From NCBI GenBank assembly GCA_976226885.1, contig OZ320314.1, forward strand, positions 130,386,001-130,450,000: 64,000 nt of DNA, read 5' to 3'. Source of the DNA: Iphione sp. A-MEVVRFRX5. Taxonomy: Eukaryota. Below the pieces are notes generated by a model. The model saw nothing but the letters and a program-made list of their open reading frames with translations, was not told the DNA's origin and did no database searches. Positions 25,150-38,440 of the stretch are shown one piece after another (position 1 is the first letter of the stretch; every line of letters begins with the position of its first letter). The translations under genes were made by a program, and so were the position numbers.

Positions 25150-25425
25150 CTCCTGGTTTGGTCTCCCCTGTGGTCCCCCCCCCGGCTCTCTACCATATAA
25201 GAAAACTGCTTTGTTCTGGCCAACTTTGGTCTCCCCTGTGTTTTGGTCTCCCCCCCACACAAGTCTCTGCCTTATAATATAAGAAAACTGCTTTGTTCTG
25301 GCTAACTTTGGTCTCCCCTGTGTTTTGGTCTCCCCCCCCACAAGTCTCTGCCTTATAATATAAGAAAACTGCTTTGTTCTGGCCAACTTTGGTCTCTCCT
25401 GTGTTTTGGTCTCCCCCCCCCCCTT
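25150..25425. repeat. About 85-bp tandem repeat related to the interior of MITE 32581-33127
   Basis: ggtctcccctgtg...ataagaaaactgctttgttctggccaacttt, three copies. Confidence 0.8.
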
Positions 25426-25894
25426 TTTGCAGACAAGTCTTCACCTGGGTTACTAGTTTTGTAATATCGTATTTTCCCCCCTCAACCAGCATTTCCTTCA
25501 GCTAGCCACTAAGGCTGTTTGAAGTGTCTCTGTCACGTGTTCAAGGTGCTACCCTCTGTCCACGATACGTCCACTAGGCAGCTCTACCAGATAAGGGGAG
25601 TGGACCAATTGTAATGGCGATAAGACTGCTTATTTTACACCTCGCTTTCACTCAGATGCCAACTGGAGGAGTATTTTTAATGTCTCCCGGGATATTTATT
25701 TTCCAGAACAGTAATTCCCTCTACTGGAGAAGCATTGCATTCGTAGAAAAGGAAAGTGATATTCAGTGTGGTGTCACAGGTCTTTGACCAGAGGGAAATC
25801 TGTCCATTCCCACTCAGGCAGCATTTCTGCTTGAGTCACCACCAGCTAGTTGGTCCCTCGCCTTATACAGAGGAGGGTATGGATAATGTGGAGA

Positions 25895-26165
25895 TCATGG
25901 AGATCATGGCTGCAGTCTTGTATTCAGGGAGTGAACTATGGTATATTCATAGATAACGTGGAGATCATGGCTGCAGTCTTGTATCCAGGGAGTGAATTAT
26001 GGTCATATTTATAGATAACATGGAGATCATGGTTGCCGTCTTGTAGGGAGTAAAATGCAGTCATATTTATAGATAAGGTGGAGATCATGACTGCAATCAT
26101 GGAGATAGGGAGTGAATTGCAGTCACATCTTAGATAACATTGAGACCATGGCTCCAGTCATAGGG
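25895..26165. repeat. About 62-bp tandem repeat
   Basis: agataacgtggagatcatggctgcagtcttgta...gggagtgaa, 4-5 copies. Confidence 0.8.
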
Positions 26166-27831
26166 AATGTACTGCCATCCTATTCTAGGCAACAGTGGCT
26201 TTTTCGCCTACCGACCCCCTCCTCCCCCCCCCCCCCATTACCATATCACACCTGAAGGTAAGTGCACTGAGCTCGTGAGTTTTGGCGGAACCAGTGGCCC
26301 ACATGCTGCTGCAGGGTTTGAAGGCAGTGAGTGGGGGGAGGAGGGCTGGACTGGCAGGGGGTGTGGGGGTTGGGGAGAACTGCACCACTCCTGCCGTGAT
26401 GATTACAGGTCACAGTTAGTAGCGTACCTAACACAGGTAGCCGAGTGGTGTGAGACGGCGGCCCTGGGGGGGAGGGGGGAGGTGGAGGGTTGCCGGGAGC
26501 CTGGGAGGTGGAGATGGGGGGCCCGTTTGATAGCAGGGTGTTATCCAGTCTAGGTAAGATGAATGCTGGCTAACACTGACTTGACATGCCTTGTTGGCTC
26601 GGGGTGGGCGGCGACCATTGGCGCCGTGCTAGGCCTCTCCTTCTACAGCTCAGCGGCCAACCCTGATTGAACTGTGTCGGTGCAGCTCAGATAGAGCCTG
26701 CCGGAGATCGGGGGGGGGGGGACAGCAGTCGGAATNNNNNNNNNNNNNNNNNNNNNNNNNNNNNNNNNNNNNNNNNNNNNNNNNNNNNNNNNNNNNNNNN
26801 NNNNNNNNNNNNNNNNNNNNNNNNNNNNNNNNNNNNNNNNNNNNNNNNNNNNNNNNNNNNNNNNNNNNNNNNNNNNNNNNNNNNNNNNNNNNNNNNNNNN
26901 NNNNNNNNNNNNNNNNNNNNNNNNNNNNNNNNNNNNNNNNNNNNNNNNNNNNNNNNNNNNNNNNNNNNNNNNNNNNNNNNNNNNNNNNNNNNNNNNNNNN
27001 NNNNNNNNNNNNNNNNNNNNNNNNNNNNNNNNNNNNNNNNNNNNNNNNNNNNNNNNNNNNNNNNNNNNNNNNNNNNNNNNNNNNNNNNNNNNNNNNNNNN
27101 NNNNNNNNNNNNNNNNNNNNNNNNNNNNNNNNNNNNNNNNNNNNNNNNNNNNNNNNNNNNNNNNNNNNNNNNNNNNNNNNNNNNNNNNNNNNNNNNNNNN
27201 NNNNNNNNNNNNNNNNNNNNNNNGTAGCAGCAAGGAGCTGGGCAATACTGGTCTTAGGAATAGCATTGAGAATAGGAGGAAGAGCTGTTGGCTGAAGTAG
27301 GAATAGTAGCATTGGACCCATCACCGAAATGCATCATTTTGTGGTTAAATGATGTTGTTTACACTTGCAGTGAAAATTACGTCATTTACATCGTGAGTTT
27401 GTGGGAAAACTTTACATGGCCATAGAATCCTTCATGGTATGACTCATATTCTTCCTTAGAACCCCAGCTTTTATTTGATACAAGTTTTATCAGAATCTAA
27501 CCACTAGAAGTTGGTCTTTGGGCCTTGGAAAGAAACCTGCTATCTTGATGTTTTTACTGGCAGCATGTTGGCTGTCGTAGTATGAGGTAAGACTGTTGTA
27601 GCCTTGCTACCAGTTACAACAATTGTTTTTATGTTGCGATGTAATTCGGTGTTGGGTTTATTGGAAACTAGTAGCAGGAATAGCAAGAGGAAGAGCTGGA
27701 ACCGGAGCAGGAGCAGCAAGAGTGACAGTATTAGTAATAGCAACAGGAATAGCATTGAGAAAGAGCAGTTTTCTGCAGTAGTAATAAAAGTGACGTTAGC
27801 AATTGAACTGATCACTGAACATTGAAGTAGC

Positions 27832-27946
27832 GGGTAGCGCGGACGTAATTTTTACGAAAGTGTGACATTGTCGCAATTTTGAGCCATTTGATTGGTCAAT
27901 TCATGTCATGATGTACTAATTCGTAAAAATGACGTCCACAATACCC
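27832..27946. mobile_element. Small hairpin/MITE-like element
   Basis: IR ggacgtaatttttacgaa / ttcgtaaaaatgacgtcc (17/18), extended by gggta...taccc. Confidence 0.55.
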
Positions 27947-27959
27947 CTTTCTCTCACTG

Positions 27960-29260
27960 ATGGTGATCGGCTCATTGGACTGGCCGTAGGAATAGTAGCT
28001 GTTAGACTAACAAGAAGAGCTGCAACTGGAGTGGTGGCAGCAAGAGTGGCATTATTGGTAAGAGCAGTAGGAATAGCATTGAAAATAGTATGAAGAGCAG
28101 TTACCGGCAGTAGTAATAGCAGTAGTAGCAGTTGAAATAGTGGCAGGAATTGTAGCAGACATAGAAACAGGAACAGCTGCAACTTGAGTGGTAGCAGCAA
28201 GAAAACTGCTAGAAATAATACTGGAAAGGCAGTGCTTTGCTATATTATAGTAGCAGTTGAAATAGCAGCAAGAATAATAGAAGGAAGAGTAGTGACAGGA
28301 ACAGTAGCAGTAAGAGAACTCGCGGCACTAGTACTGGTAATAGGGACTGCACTGAGAATAGTAGGTAGAGTGGTTAGCTGTAGTAATAGTAGCTCAAGTA
28401 GCAGTTGAAATAGCGGCAAGAATAATAGAAGGAAGAGTAGTGACAAGAACTGTAACAACAAGAGAACTCGCGGCACTAGTACTGGTAATAGGGACTGCAT
28501 TGAGAATAGTAGGAAGAGCGGTTAGCTGTAGTAGTAATAGTAGCCGAAGTAGCAGTTAAAATAGTAGCAAGAATAATAGAAGGAAGAGTAGTGACAGGAA
28601 CAGTATCAGCAAGAGAATGGCAGCACTAGTACTGGTAATAGGGACTGCATTGAGAATAGTAGGAAGAGTGGTTAGCTGTAGTAGTAATTGTAGCCGAAGT
28701 AGCAGTTAAAATAGTAGCAAGAATAATATAAGGAAGAGTAGTGACAGGAACAATAGCCGCAAGAGAACTAGCAACACTATACTGGTAGTAGGGACTGCAT
28801 TGAGAATAGTAGGAAGAGCGGTTAGCTGTAGTGGTAATAGTAGCCGAAGTAGCAGTTAAAATAGCAGCAAGAATAATAGAAGGAAGAGTAGTGACAGGAA
28901 CAATAGCAGCAAGAGAACTAGCAACACTATACTGGTAGTAGGGACTGCATTGAGAATAGTAGGAAGAGCGGTTAGCTGTAGTGGTAATAGTAGCCAAAGT
29001 AGCAGTTAAAATAGCAGCAAGAATAATAGAAGGAAGAGTAGTGACAGGAACAATAGCAGCAAGAGAACTAGCAACACTATACTGGTAGTAGGGACAGTGT
29101 TTAGAATAGTAGGAAGAGTGGTTAACTGTAGTAGTAATAGTAGAGGAAGTAGCCGTTGAAATAGCCAAAAGACTAATAGAAGGAAGAGTATAAATAGTAA
29201 CAGTGTAGATAATACCATTAGTACCAAGAGCAATAGGAATAACAGCAGCAACATGAATTA
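27960..29260. repeat. AGT/AAT/AGC-derived satellite with a 150-bp higher-order unit
   Basis: gtgacaggaacaatagc recurs at 28741, 28891 and 29041; agcagttaaaata recurs at 28551, 28701 and 28851. Confidence 0.9.
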
Positions 29261-29310
29261 GCTGCGGAGGTTAGTAGGATCTCAACGGGTGACGCATAAG
29301 ATAACATATA

Positions 29311-29484
29311 CAGTACCACCTCGTCTTGAGGGCAACTCAACTAAGAGGGCAACTCAGGATTAAAGGCAATTTTTTTGGTCCCGGTGGTACATTTTCTATA
29401 ATATAACTCAGGTAGGAGGGCAACTCGAAGTTAAGGGCAGTTTTGTCTGGTCCCATTGGTGGTCCTAATTCTGAGTTGCTACTG
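29311..29484. mobile_element. MITE, Tc1/mariner-like
   Basis: TA|cagtaccacctc ... gagttgctactg|TA (10/12 TIR), with internal gagggcaactc repeats. Confidence 0.65.
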
Positions 29485-31359
29485 TACTCAGCATTGTTAT
29501 CACTATAGATGGCTGAGGCCCATCGGTTTGCTGGTCAGGTGAGGTTTTTGAATGATCTCCACCAACGTCTATTATTTTATGGTAATTATAGCGGTCATTC
29601 CGGCAGTGATGTTAGTAGCTAGGAGGATATGTTCTTATACTAACTAACGTTAGAGGTGTTAATAAGAGGCCTTAACCTTTACTCCCACCGTGTAGCCTAT
29701 TAGCAGTATTAGCAGCCAGATCCAAAAGTCACAAGCGTAGCTGTATTCGTCGAGTTGTGTCAGGCGTAGGAGACTNNNNNNNNNNNNNNNNNNNNNNNNN
29801 NNNNNNNNNNNNNNNNNNNNNNNNNNNNNNNNNNNNNNNNNNNNNNNNNNNNNNNNNNNNNNNNNNNNNNNNNNNNNNNNNNNNNNNNNNNNNNNNNNNN
29901 NNNNNNNNNNNNNNNNNNNNNNNNNNNNNNNNNNNNNNNNNNNNNNNNNNNNNNNNNNNNNNNNNNNNNNNNNNNNNNNNNNNNNNNNNNNNNNNNNNNN
30001 NNNNNNNNNNNNNNNNNNNNNNNNNNNNNNNNNNNNNNNNNNNNNNNNNNNNNNNNNNNNNNNNNNNNNNNNNNNNNNNNNNNNNNNNNNNNNNNNNNNN
30101 NNNNNNNNNNNNNNNNNNNNNNNNNNNNNNNNNNNNNNNNNNNNNNNNNNNNNAAAGTAGTACTGGCCAGTGTCATGGCGGAAATCTCGCGAGAGAGAGG
30201 GAGAGTAAAAGAGAGAGCCACTCTTGAATAACACGACGAGTAAGGTGAACATATGTACAGGTTACTCTGGTTCACTGTTAGCAGGTCGACCATCGGTGGA
30301 ACTTTGGGATCACGTGACTGTCTTCGAGGCTGGCTGGGTCAGTGGACAGACACTGGAAACCTCACTACACTCTCTCGCATAAGGATTCCACGTTATATTT
30401 CACAACGAAAGACTGACTTCGTGGGGAATTTCTCCCCTGGCTTTCTTCGGTCTGGTCCAGAGTTTGCCGACACTCATAGACATTGTGTAATATGTTGGGT
30501 GTCGGGGAAACTCAGACTTGCAGAGGTCACTTTGTCAGTTTCCTCCAGAGCTTTTTGGTGGTCGCAGATATTGTGTAGTACATGTATGTTGGGTGTTGGG
30601 GGCGAACTCCCAAGTTCGCAGCATAGACTTGCAGAAGTCCCTTTGTCTGGTCTGTCTGCTTCCAGTGGCTTGTGTCTACCCAGTAGTCTGTTAGTGCAAG
30701 GAATGCAGTCAAGTCTAAATGCAGCCAAGCAGGGGGGGGGGGGTTACTCTCCAGAGATGTCTGCGTTACCATGGTGAGGCATGTAATCAAGGACGCTCTA
30801 CACCGAGCAGGAACGCTAGACAAGGTCCCAGGACAGATCTCCATCCACAACCTTCTCCGCTAGACTACAGGGAGGCCCTGATACCAGAACAGATAGAAAT
30901 GGCGGCCAAAACACCTCGTTCGGGTAGAATTGAGGCCCTCTTATAAGATGTTCCGAGCTAGATTTACTCGTCGGCCAAGAACATTGGTGTTGGGGGGGGG
31001 GGAGTAAGTTGCTTAGCAACCTCTCCTGGCGCGCCGCTCTCTCCTCCCATAGATTACTATCTCGTCTTGTAGACATCTTTACGGCCCGGGGACCAGTCCA
31101 GTCAGACGCTTCGCCGCGTCACGTGACCCCTTCCATTTACCTCCTCCTGGTACCCATTCCTCGCGCCGCTGCCTACTTGACAACGATTCTTCACTGTCTG
31201 TTCTTTGCCTCCTCTCCACCACCGTATTATCGTCCTCACCATTCTCACGTTAGGAGTTTCTGTCACTTCATTGCTTTCCCTTCTTCCTGTCCAGATGCCC
31301 GTAGGTTTGTCTGTCCTTCAGTCTGTCTTTTTCTTTTCCTGACCACTGTCTGTTCCGTA

Positions 31360-31890
31360 TGACTTCTCCTTCCTTCCTTTCATGCTTCACTTTTTGTTCC
31401 CTGTGGATTCTCTCTGGCTTCCTTGTCCATTCTGTCTGGGTTCTCAGTCCTTTCTCGCTGGCTTCCCTGTCAATTTTTCTGGCTTCTCTGTCCATTGGCT
31501 CTGTCCTCCATTGTCCATTCTCTGGCTTCCCTGCCTGTTCCCTCTGGCCTCCCTGTCCATTCTGTCTGGTTTCGCTGTCTGTTCTCTCTGGCTTCCCTGT
31601 CTATTCTTGTTGGCTTCCCTGTCCATTCTGTCTGGCTTCTCTGTTTATTTTCCCTGGCTTCCCTGTCAATTTTCTCTGGTTTCTCTGTCCATTCTCTCTG
31701 GCTTCTCTGTCTATTCTGTCTGACTTCCCTGTCTATTCTGTCTGACTTCCCTGTCTATTCTGTCAGGCTTCCCTGTCCATTCTCTCTGGCTTCCCTGTCT
31801 GTTCTCTCTGGCCTCCCTGTCTGTTCTCTCTGGCTTCCCTGTTTATCCTGTCTGGCTTCCCTGTCTATTCTGTCTGGCTTCCCTGTCCGT
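31360..31890. repeat. 22-bp pyrimidine-rich minisatellite
   Basis: ggcttccctgtctattctgtct repeats. Confidence 0.9.
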
Positions 31891-32199
31891 TCCCTCCTGA
31901 TCATCCCCCTTATTGCCTCTCCCAGTCGCTCCTCCATGGTGATGAGTACGTATTATTCCTGATCGGTTTGTGGACAGACAGACACTTTTATCACGTGATC
32001 TAGCCGTAGCAAGCACATGCGGTAAATGGACTTGACGGGGAGTCTAGACAAGGATTGCAATGGTCATTGGCCTTAGTGGCGGGAGTTCTAGGCTTCAATC
32101 AGACTCGGCCGGAAGGGATGGGCAATTTATCCAGTGGGAGTAGACTTTGGAGGTGAGCGAGGCAGGCAGGCATGGGGGACAGACGGAGGGGAAGCAGGC

Positions 32200-33300
32200 A
32201 GTCAACGTTGAACGGGATAGAGGGAGGGGAGAGGGTGCAGAGACCCTGGGTGAAAGACGGAGGCCTTGGAGTAGGTACGTTGCAGGTAGGGGTAGGGAAT
32301 AGATGGAAGGGAGGGGCATATTCAACATTAAAGGAGATAGTTGGAGAGCGAGGGTATAAGAGACCCAGAGTGAAAGACGGAAGCCTTGGAATAGGTACAT
32401 TGCAGGTAGGGGTAGGGAATGGATGGACGGAAGGCACATATTCGACATTAAAGGGGATAGTTGGAGAGCGAGGGTATAAGAGACATAGAGTGAAAGATAG
32501 AAGGCTTGGAATAGGTACATTGCAGGTAGGGGTAGGGAATGGATGGAGGGGGGGGGGCATATTCGACATTAAAGGGGATACAGTAGAGCCTCTCTTAGGA
32601 GACCAAGCTTTGGACTGACCAATTTTGGTCTCAACTGAGAGGCGGTCTCCCCTGTGAAGCACTTGCCTTCTGTGCTTCCAAATGATCCCCAAATGATAAT
32701 AAATGTTAATCACATACAACAAAAGAGAAAAAACTGATATGAACTCTTATTCATTAAATTATATAAATCCTTTATACATTGCCTAGGTGATTGAGATTGG
32801 GAGCAAGGTTGCACCTATCCCAGGGGTTGGTGCCCATCAAAGGAGCAAGAATCGTACCTCATTCCCATTTTCGAGAGCAAAGTCGCACCTCTTCCAGTTG
32901 TTGGTACCCATCAAAGGAGCTCTTGGTTGCCTCTGTGAGGCAAAACCTGGTCTTTGGTACTGAAATTCTTGGTCTCTCCCTAGAGGTGGTCTCCCCTGTG
33001 AAGTGGTCTCTATTGTCAGGCTTTTATATATAGGAAATGTACAGAAATTTGTTCCGTTCTGGCTGATTTTGGTCTCTCCCGAGGTTTGGTCTCCCCTGTG
33101 AAGCGGTCTTTAGGAGAGGCTCTACTGTAGTTGGAGAGCGAGGGTATAATAGACCCAGAGTAAAAAACAAAAACCTGGAAGGAGAGGTAAGGCAGGTAAG
33201 GGCAAGAGATGTACAGAGTGGGTGGGGGAGGGGGGGCATATTATCATCTTTGAAAGGGATAGTGAGTGGATAAGGTGTTAAGGTCAAGAGGTCATTCCGG
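32200..33300. repeat. About 120-bp tandem repeat interrupted by a MITE
   Basis: aaggggatagttggagagcgagggtataagagac...ataggtacattgcaggtaggggtagggaat, about 4-5 copies. Confidence 0.85.
32581..33127. mobile_element. 547-bp MITE, Tc1/mariner-like
   Basis: Perfect 14-bp TIR cagtagagcctctc and a TA TSD. The empty site aaggggaTAgttggagagcg is present in the neighbouring repeat unit at about 32451. Confidence 0.9.
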
Positions 33301-33729
33301 AGTGAAAGACCAAGTTTTCAGGATTCTATGTATCAGATAGCCAGCTTCATCATGGAGGGGGGTCTCCTTCTGAGAGGATTCGTCGATTTAAAGTTGATGA
33401 GTTGATGTTGATATTGCTACGGACTTACGTATTGAAGTCTGGTTACATAGATACCGTTCTCATCATGTATGAATATTACCAGAATATATATATATATATA
33501 TATATATGGGTATTCACAAACTGCGTGTGTGTGCATGTGCATGCATGTGTGTGTGTTTGTATATGCATGCATGTGTGCATGTGCGTGTGTCTAATATGTG
33601 AATCCAGCACTGCCTCTTCAATCTCTTAGATTTTTTTTCGCTTCTGTTCCGCCTCTCGACCACTGGGCCTTTATACAGCCTTAGACTCCTCGGATATTCA
33701 GCCTAAGACTCCGGTAAATTACATCATTG

Positions 33730-35095
33730 ACTCCTCCTCTCTCCTGCTCCTCCTGCTCCTCCTTCTCCTCCTCCCCCTCCTCCTGCTCCTCCTCTTTCTT
33801 CTCCTCCTCCTCCTGCTCCTCCTGCTCCTGCTCCTCCTTCTCCTCCACCACCTCCTGCTCCTCCTGCNNNNNNNNNNNNNNNNNNNNNNNNNNNNNNNNN
33901 NNNNNNNNNNNNNNNNNNNNNNNNNNNNNNNNNNNNNNNNNNNNNNNNNNNNNNNNNNNNNNNNNNNNNNNNNNNNNNNNNNNNNNNNNNNNNNNNNNNN
34001 NNNNNNNNNNNNNNNNNNNNNNNNNNNNNNNNNNNNNNNNNNNNNNNNNNNNNNNNNNNNNNNNNNNNNNNNNNNNNNNNNNNNNNNCCTCTCCCATCTC
34101 CTCCACCTCCTCCCTCGTATCCTCATTGCCAGCTTGCATTGCCTCGCGGCCATGACTCAGTGTGCAGTTCCTAAATCTGGATCTACCGGAGCTGATCACT
34201 TCTCTCAGCAACCTCTCCATTTTTTCCATCTTCCTGTCTCCCCCCTCCCCCTCTCCCTCTCCTCCCCCCCCTCTCTCCCATCTTTAATTGTTGGCCAACC
34301 TGCTGGGAGGCTCCTCAATACTGAGGCGTTATCTCCAGGTAGGCGTGCTTCAACGAAAGGTCATACTGACGGCCAGACCCCAGCCTGGTGAGGAGTTGGG
34401 GGGGGAGGGAGAGGAGGGACAGGTGGCTGCTGCCTTCTCCTCCTTGTGCTCACTCCATGTGTAATCTTCACACCTACTCCTCCTCCTCCTCCTTTCTCCT
34501 CCTCCTCCTCCTTCTCCTTCTGCTCTTCTTGTAAGATGAGATAAGATAATAAAGAATTTTATTTCCAACAAATTGTTAGCTCACTCCATGTTATACCTTC
34601 ACCCCTCCTCCNNNNNNNNNNNNNNNNNNNNNNNNNNNNNNNNNNNNNNNNNNNNNNNNNNNNNNNNNNNNNNNNNNNNNNNNNNNNNNNNNNNNNNNNN
34701 NNNNNNNNNNNNNNNNNNNNNNNNNNNNNNNNNNNNNNNNNNNNNNNNNNNNNNNNNNNNNNNNNNNNNNNNNNNCTTCTCTCCCATCTCCTCCTCGTCC
34801 TCCTCCTACTCTTCCTCCTCTTCCCTCCTTCTCCTCTTTCTGCTCTTCTTGTTAGCTCACTCCNNNNNNNNNNNNNNNNNNNNNNNNNNNNNNNNNNNNN
34901 NNNNNNNNNNNNNNNNNNNNNNNNNNNNNNNNNNNNNNNNNNNNNNNNNNNNNNNNNNNNNNNNNNNNNNNNNNNNNNNNNNNNNNNNNNNNNNNNNNNN
35001 NNNNNNNNNNNNNNNNNNNNNNNNNNNNNNNNNNNNNNNNNNNNNNNNNNNNNNNNNNNNNNNNCCTCATGCTCCTCCCCCCTCCTCCTCCTGTT
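33730..35095. repeat. (CCT)n/(CT)-rich low-complexity region with three gaps
   Basis: ctcctcctc tracts flanking N runs. Confidence 0.9.
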
Positions 35096-35291
35096 TCTTC
35101 GCCGCTTCCTTTGCTCCTCTGACTGACCTGTTAGCTCACTCCAGTCGGACTAGTTATAAAGTCGCTGGCATTACCTGCCTTTACTAGGCGAAGACAGGAC
35201 ATTACATCTAGCTTCATGTGGCTTCATATAAATAAACTATGTCAAGGGTGTGGTTTCATCTAAGAAACTATGTCAAGGGTATAAGAAACTA

Positions 35292-35531
35292 CAGTGGAAC
35301 CCCTGTATAGCGGAAATCAGCGGGCCTGTCCGCAAACCTTCCGCTGTGGGAGGGTGTCCTCTACTTACTGGGGGATGAGTTTCCCTTGTAGGGTCCCACC
35401 GCTCTCCTGCCTCCCTAGAAGGGTCCAACTCCTCTGTCGCTCCGTGACTGTAGCATGAGAATTCAGAAATTCAGAAAGAGTTTATTGAAAATCAAGTTAA
35501 ACAGCTCCTCCTCCAGGGTAGGTGTCCACTG
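35292..35531. mobile_element. MITE, Tc1/mariner-like
   Basis: TA|cagtggaacccct ... aggtgtccactg|TA. Confidence 0.55.
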
Positions 35532-35768
35532 TAAACCTTGTAAAATGAGAGTTTGGGACTGAATAACTAGTGTCTGGAGACGGGTGTCTGCTGTGTCCGC
35601 GGTCCCTTAAACATGACTTATAAGGTTTTTGTTTGGGACTGTCCTCCATCTATCCTTTGTTGGAGTTGCCCGCTGTGTCTGGCCGCCATTAGACAGGATC
35701 TCCGTTGTATGTCGAGTATGAGGAGTTATGCAGGTGAAAGGGGTGAATACTCTCACAGCTGACCTTCT

Positions 35769-35932
35769 CAGGCCCGTAGCCAGGAAGATTTCTGGGGGGG
35801 GGGGGTATCGGACGATACCCGTGAAACCAGAGGGTGGAACTATTTTTTTTCTATCCCTATAAAGGCCAATAGATATGAATGCTCCGGCAGGTATAGGACG
35901 ATACTCCCGATACCCCCTTGGCTACGGGTATG
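35769..35932. mobile_element. Small non-autonomous DNA element
   Basis: TIR caggcccgtagcca versus catacccgtagcca (12/14), flanked by a cttct direct repeat. Confidence 0.6.
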
Positions 35933-36249
35933 CTTCTAAAGTATGTACAGTCGAGATCCTCTCGAAGATTAACTCACAGAGGGAAAAAACTCAGAAGAGA
36001 GGCCCAAACCCGCCAGTCCCAAAGGTTGGTCTCCTACACAAGTTTTGAGTGTATACAGTAAAACCTCACGGAGGCGACCACCCCGGAGACTGGAAGGATT
36101 TGGTCGCTTCTGTGATGGGGTCACCCCATGACGGGTATTGAAAGTACTGAAGAAAGCACCGTCGGTCCCGCTAACTTAGGTTCAGCTGTGTGCGTCTACT
36201 TCTCAATGCTAGTGTCAGTATACTGGATGGGAGCTGTGTGAGAACCACA

Positions 36250-36625
36250 GACGTATTAGAAGGTTTACAGTACTAATTGTCCTCCTTGGCAAATTGCTGC
36301 TGTATAAGAAGGTTTACGGTACTAATTGTCCTCCTTGGCATGTTGCTGCCATATTAGAAGGTTTATGGTATTAATTGTCCTCCTTGGAACGTTGCTGCCA
36401 TATTAGAAGGTTTACTGTACTAATTGTCCTGCTTGCCACATTGCTGCTTTATCAGAAGGTTTACGGTACTAATTGTCCTCCTTGGCACGTTGCTGCCATA
36501 TTAGAAGGTTGAGTGTATGAAGGTTTACGGTATTAATTGTCCTCCTTGGCACATTGCTGCCAAATTAGAAGGTTTACGGTGTGAAGGTTTACGGTATTAA
36601 TTGTCCTCCTTGGCACGTTGCTGCT
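36250..36625. repeat. About 50-bp tandem repeat
   Basis: agaaggtttacggtactaattgtcctccttggcacgttgctgcc, about 7 copies. Confidence 0.9.
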
Positions 36626-36724
36626 TAAAAGAAGCCAGACGGGGCAGTTCTATATCATTAAGATAACCGGCCAGGAGCAGGAGAGATAAGGTATTGATAA
36701 CAGAGGCACCAAAGTTAATTCTGG

Positions 36725-37322
36725 CGTAGCAGCAGCAGCAGCAGCAGTAGTAGCAGTAGCAGTAGGAGAAGTTGTTGTTGTAGTAGTTCAAGTAGTAGTA
36801 GAAGTTGTTGTTGTAGCAGTTGTAGTAGTAGCAGTAGTAGTTTTAATGATAGTGGTGGTAGTAGAGGCAGCTGTAGTAGTAGTAGTAGTAGTAGAAGTTG
36901 CTGTTGTAGTAGTAATAGTAGTCGCAGTAGCAGTAGTAGGAGGCTTTGTCATAGTAGTTGAAGTAGTAGTATAAGTTGTTGTAGTGATAGTAGTGGTAGT
37001 AGAGACAGCAGCAGTAGTAGGAGAAGGTGTAGTAATAGTAGTAGCAGTAGCAGTAATGGAAGCTTTAGTAGTAGCAGTAGTAGTAATATTAGTACATGTA
37101 GTAATAGAATTACTTCAGCAGTAGCAGCAGTAGAAGTTGTAGTATTAGTAACAAAGTAGTAATAATTGTAGTAGGAGTAGCAGTATGTAGTGTTAGTAGT
37201 AGTAACAGTAGTGGTAGTAGTAGTCACAGCAGCAGTAGTAGTAGTAGTAGGAGCAGGAGCTGTAGTAGAAGTTGTAGTAGTAATACTAGTAGCAGTATAG
37301 TAGTAGCAGTAGTAGTTGTCAC

Positions 37323-37358
<36 letters not shown>

Positions 37359-37395
37359 CACAGTAGTAGTAGTAGCAGCAGTAGTAGTTGTCTTA
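36725..37395. repeat. (GTA)n/(GCA)n trinucleotide microsatellite
   Basis: Long agtagtagt tract. Confidence 0.95.
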
Positions 37396-38164
37396 AAAAT
37401 GCCGGGGTGATCTAATGAACTGACAAGACTAACAGCCTAGACGCCGGTCAGCCTACAGCGCCGTCTATCCCCTAGAAGGTGTACCAGTGATTCTCTGGCT
37501 CCTGCTGCGTAGCGCCTCCCCTCTCCCCCTCCCCTCTCCCCCCTCCCACCCTTCCCCCTCTCCTCCCATCCCTCCCCCCACCTCCTCCTCCCCCCCCCCC
37601 TCATGTATTGAAACAGTCTCATACCGTGCAGCCATTAGCACATCGGTGTAACCGTGTTTTGTTTTGCTACGCCCCCTGGCGTGATCAATAGAATCTACAC
37701 TGGAGGCCTGTCCCCCCTGCTGGAGGAGTGCTGGGGCCATTCCATGGATCGGGGAGGGGGGGGGGGGCAGCTGAACTGCCCGCCACAGCTCCTCTAGGTA
37801 GTGATCATTTCAAAGCGTCAACGCTAAACGTGACCTGTCTGTTGATCACCCCCCCTCCACCTCCCCGCCCCCCCCTACTAAAGGTTACCACCCATGGTTA
37901 AACGGCATCCTCATTGGTGTGCAAATCATGCTGAACGTGCGCGATGCAAGAAGGAACTGATGGTATTTATTTTCCTTTTACACGTCGCAATCTAATCTTA
38001 CTATATTATATCCCTTAATAAGTAAAACACCTAATGGAACTTTATTTGATAGCCCTGATTCTTGTAAAGTGATTATATCTAGATTATATAATATTAACAT
38101 AGATTCTACTAAGTCCTTATTGATAACATTACATGCATTCTGCTGAGCATGATTGTGGTTGTGG

Positions 38165-38440
38165 TGTTAGAGTAAATGTGACGAGATGAAAAACCATCCA
38201 AGTAATACCTGACCGAGTGAGAAGTCATGGTCACCCAGCCAGTCACGGTGTTAGAGCACATGTGAGGGGATGAAAAACCAACTAAGTAACACCTGACCGA
38301 GTGAGAAGTCATGGTCACCCAGCCAGTCACAGTGTTAGAGCACATGTGAGGGGATGAAAAACCAACTAAGTAACACCTGACCGAGTGAGAAGTCATGGTC
38401 ACCCAGCCAGTCACGGTGTTAGAGCACATGTGAGGGGATG
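38165..38440. repeat. 84-bp tandem repeat
   Basis: Three copies; the minus-strand translation repeats every 28 aa. Confidence 0.9.

Noticed and set aside
30170-31340. CpG-richer block with several ORFs, possibly LTR/gag-derived
   Set aside because: No gag, protease or RT motifs and no second LTR identified; it abuts a gap.
16582-38429. Many 60-220-aa ORFs in satellites and across N-gaps
   Set aside because: Products of tandem repeats, low complexity or X-runs, not genes.
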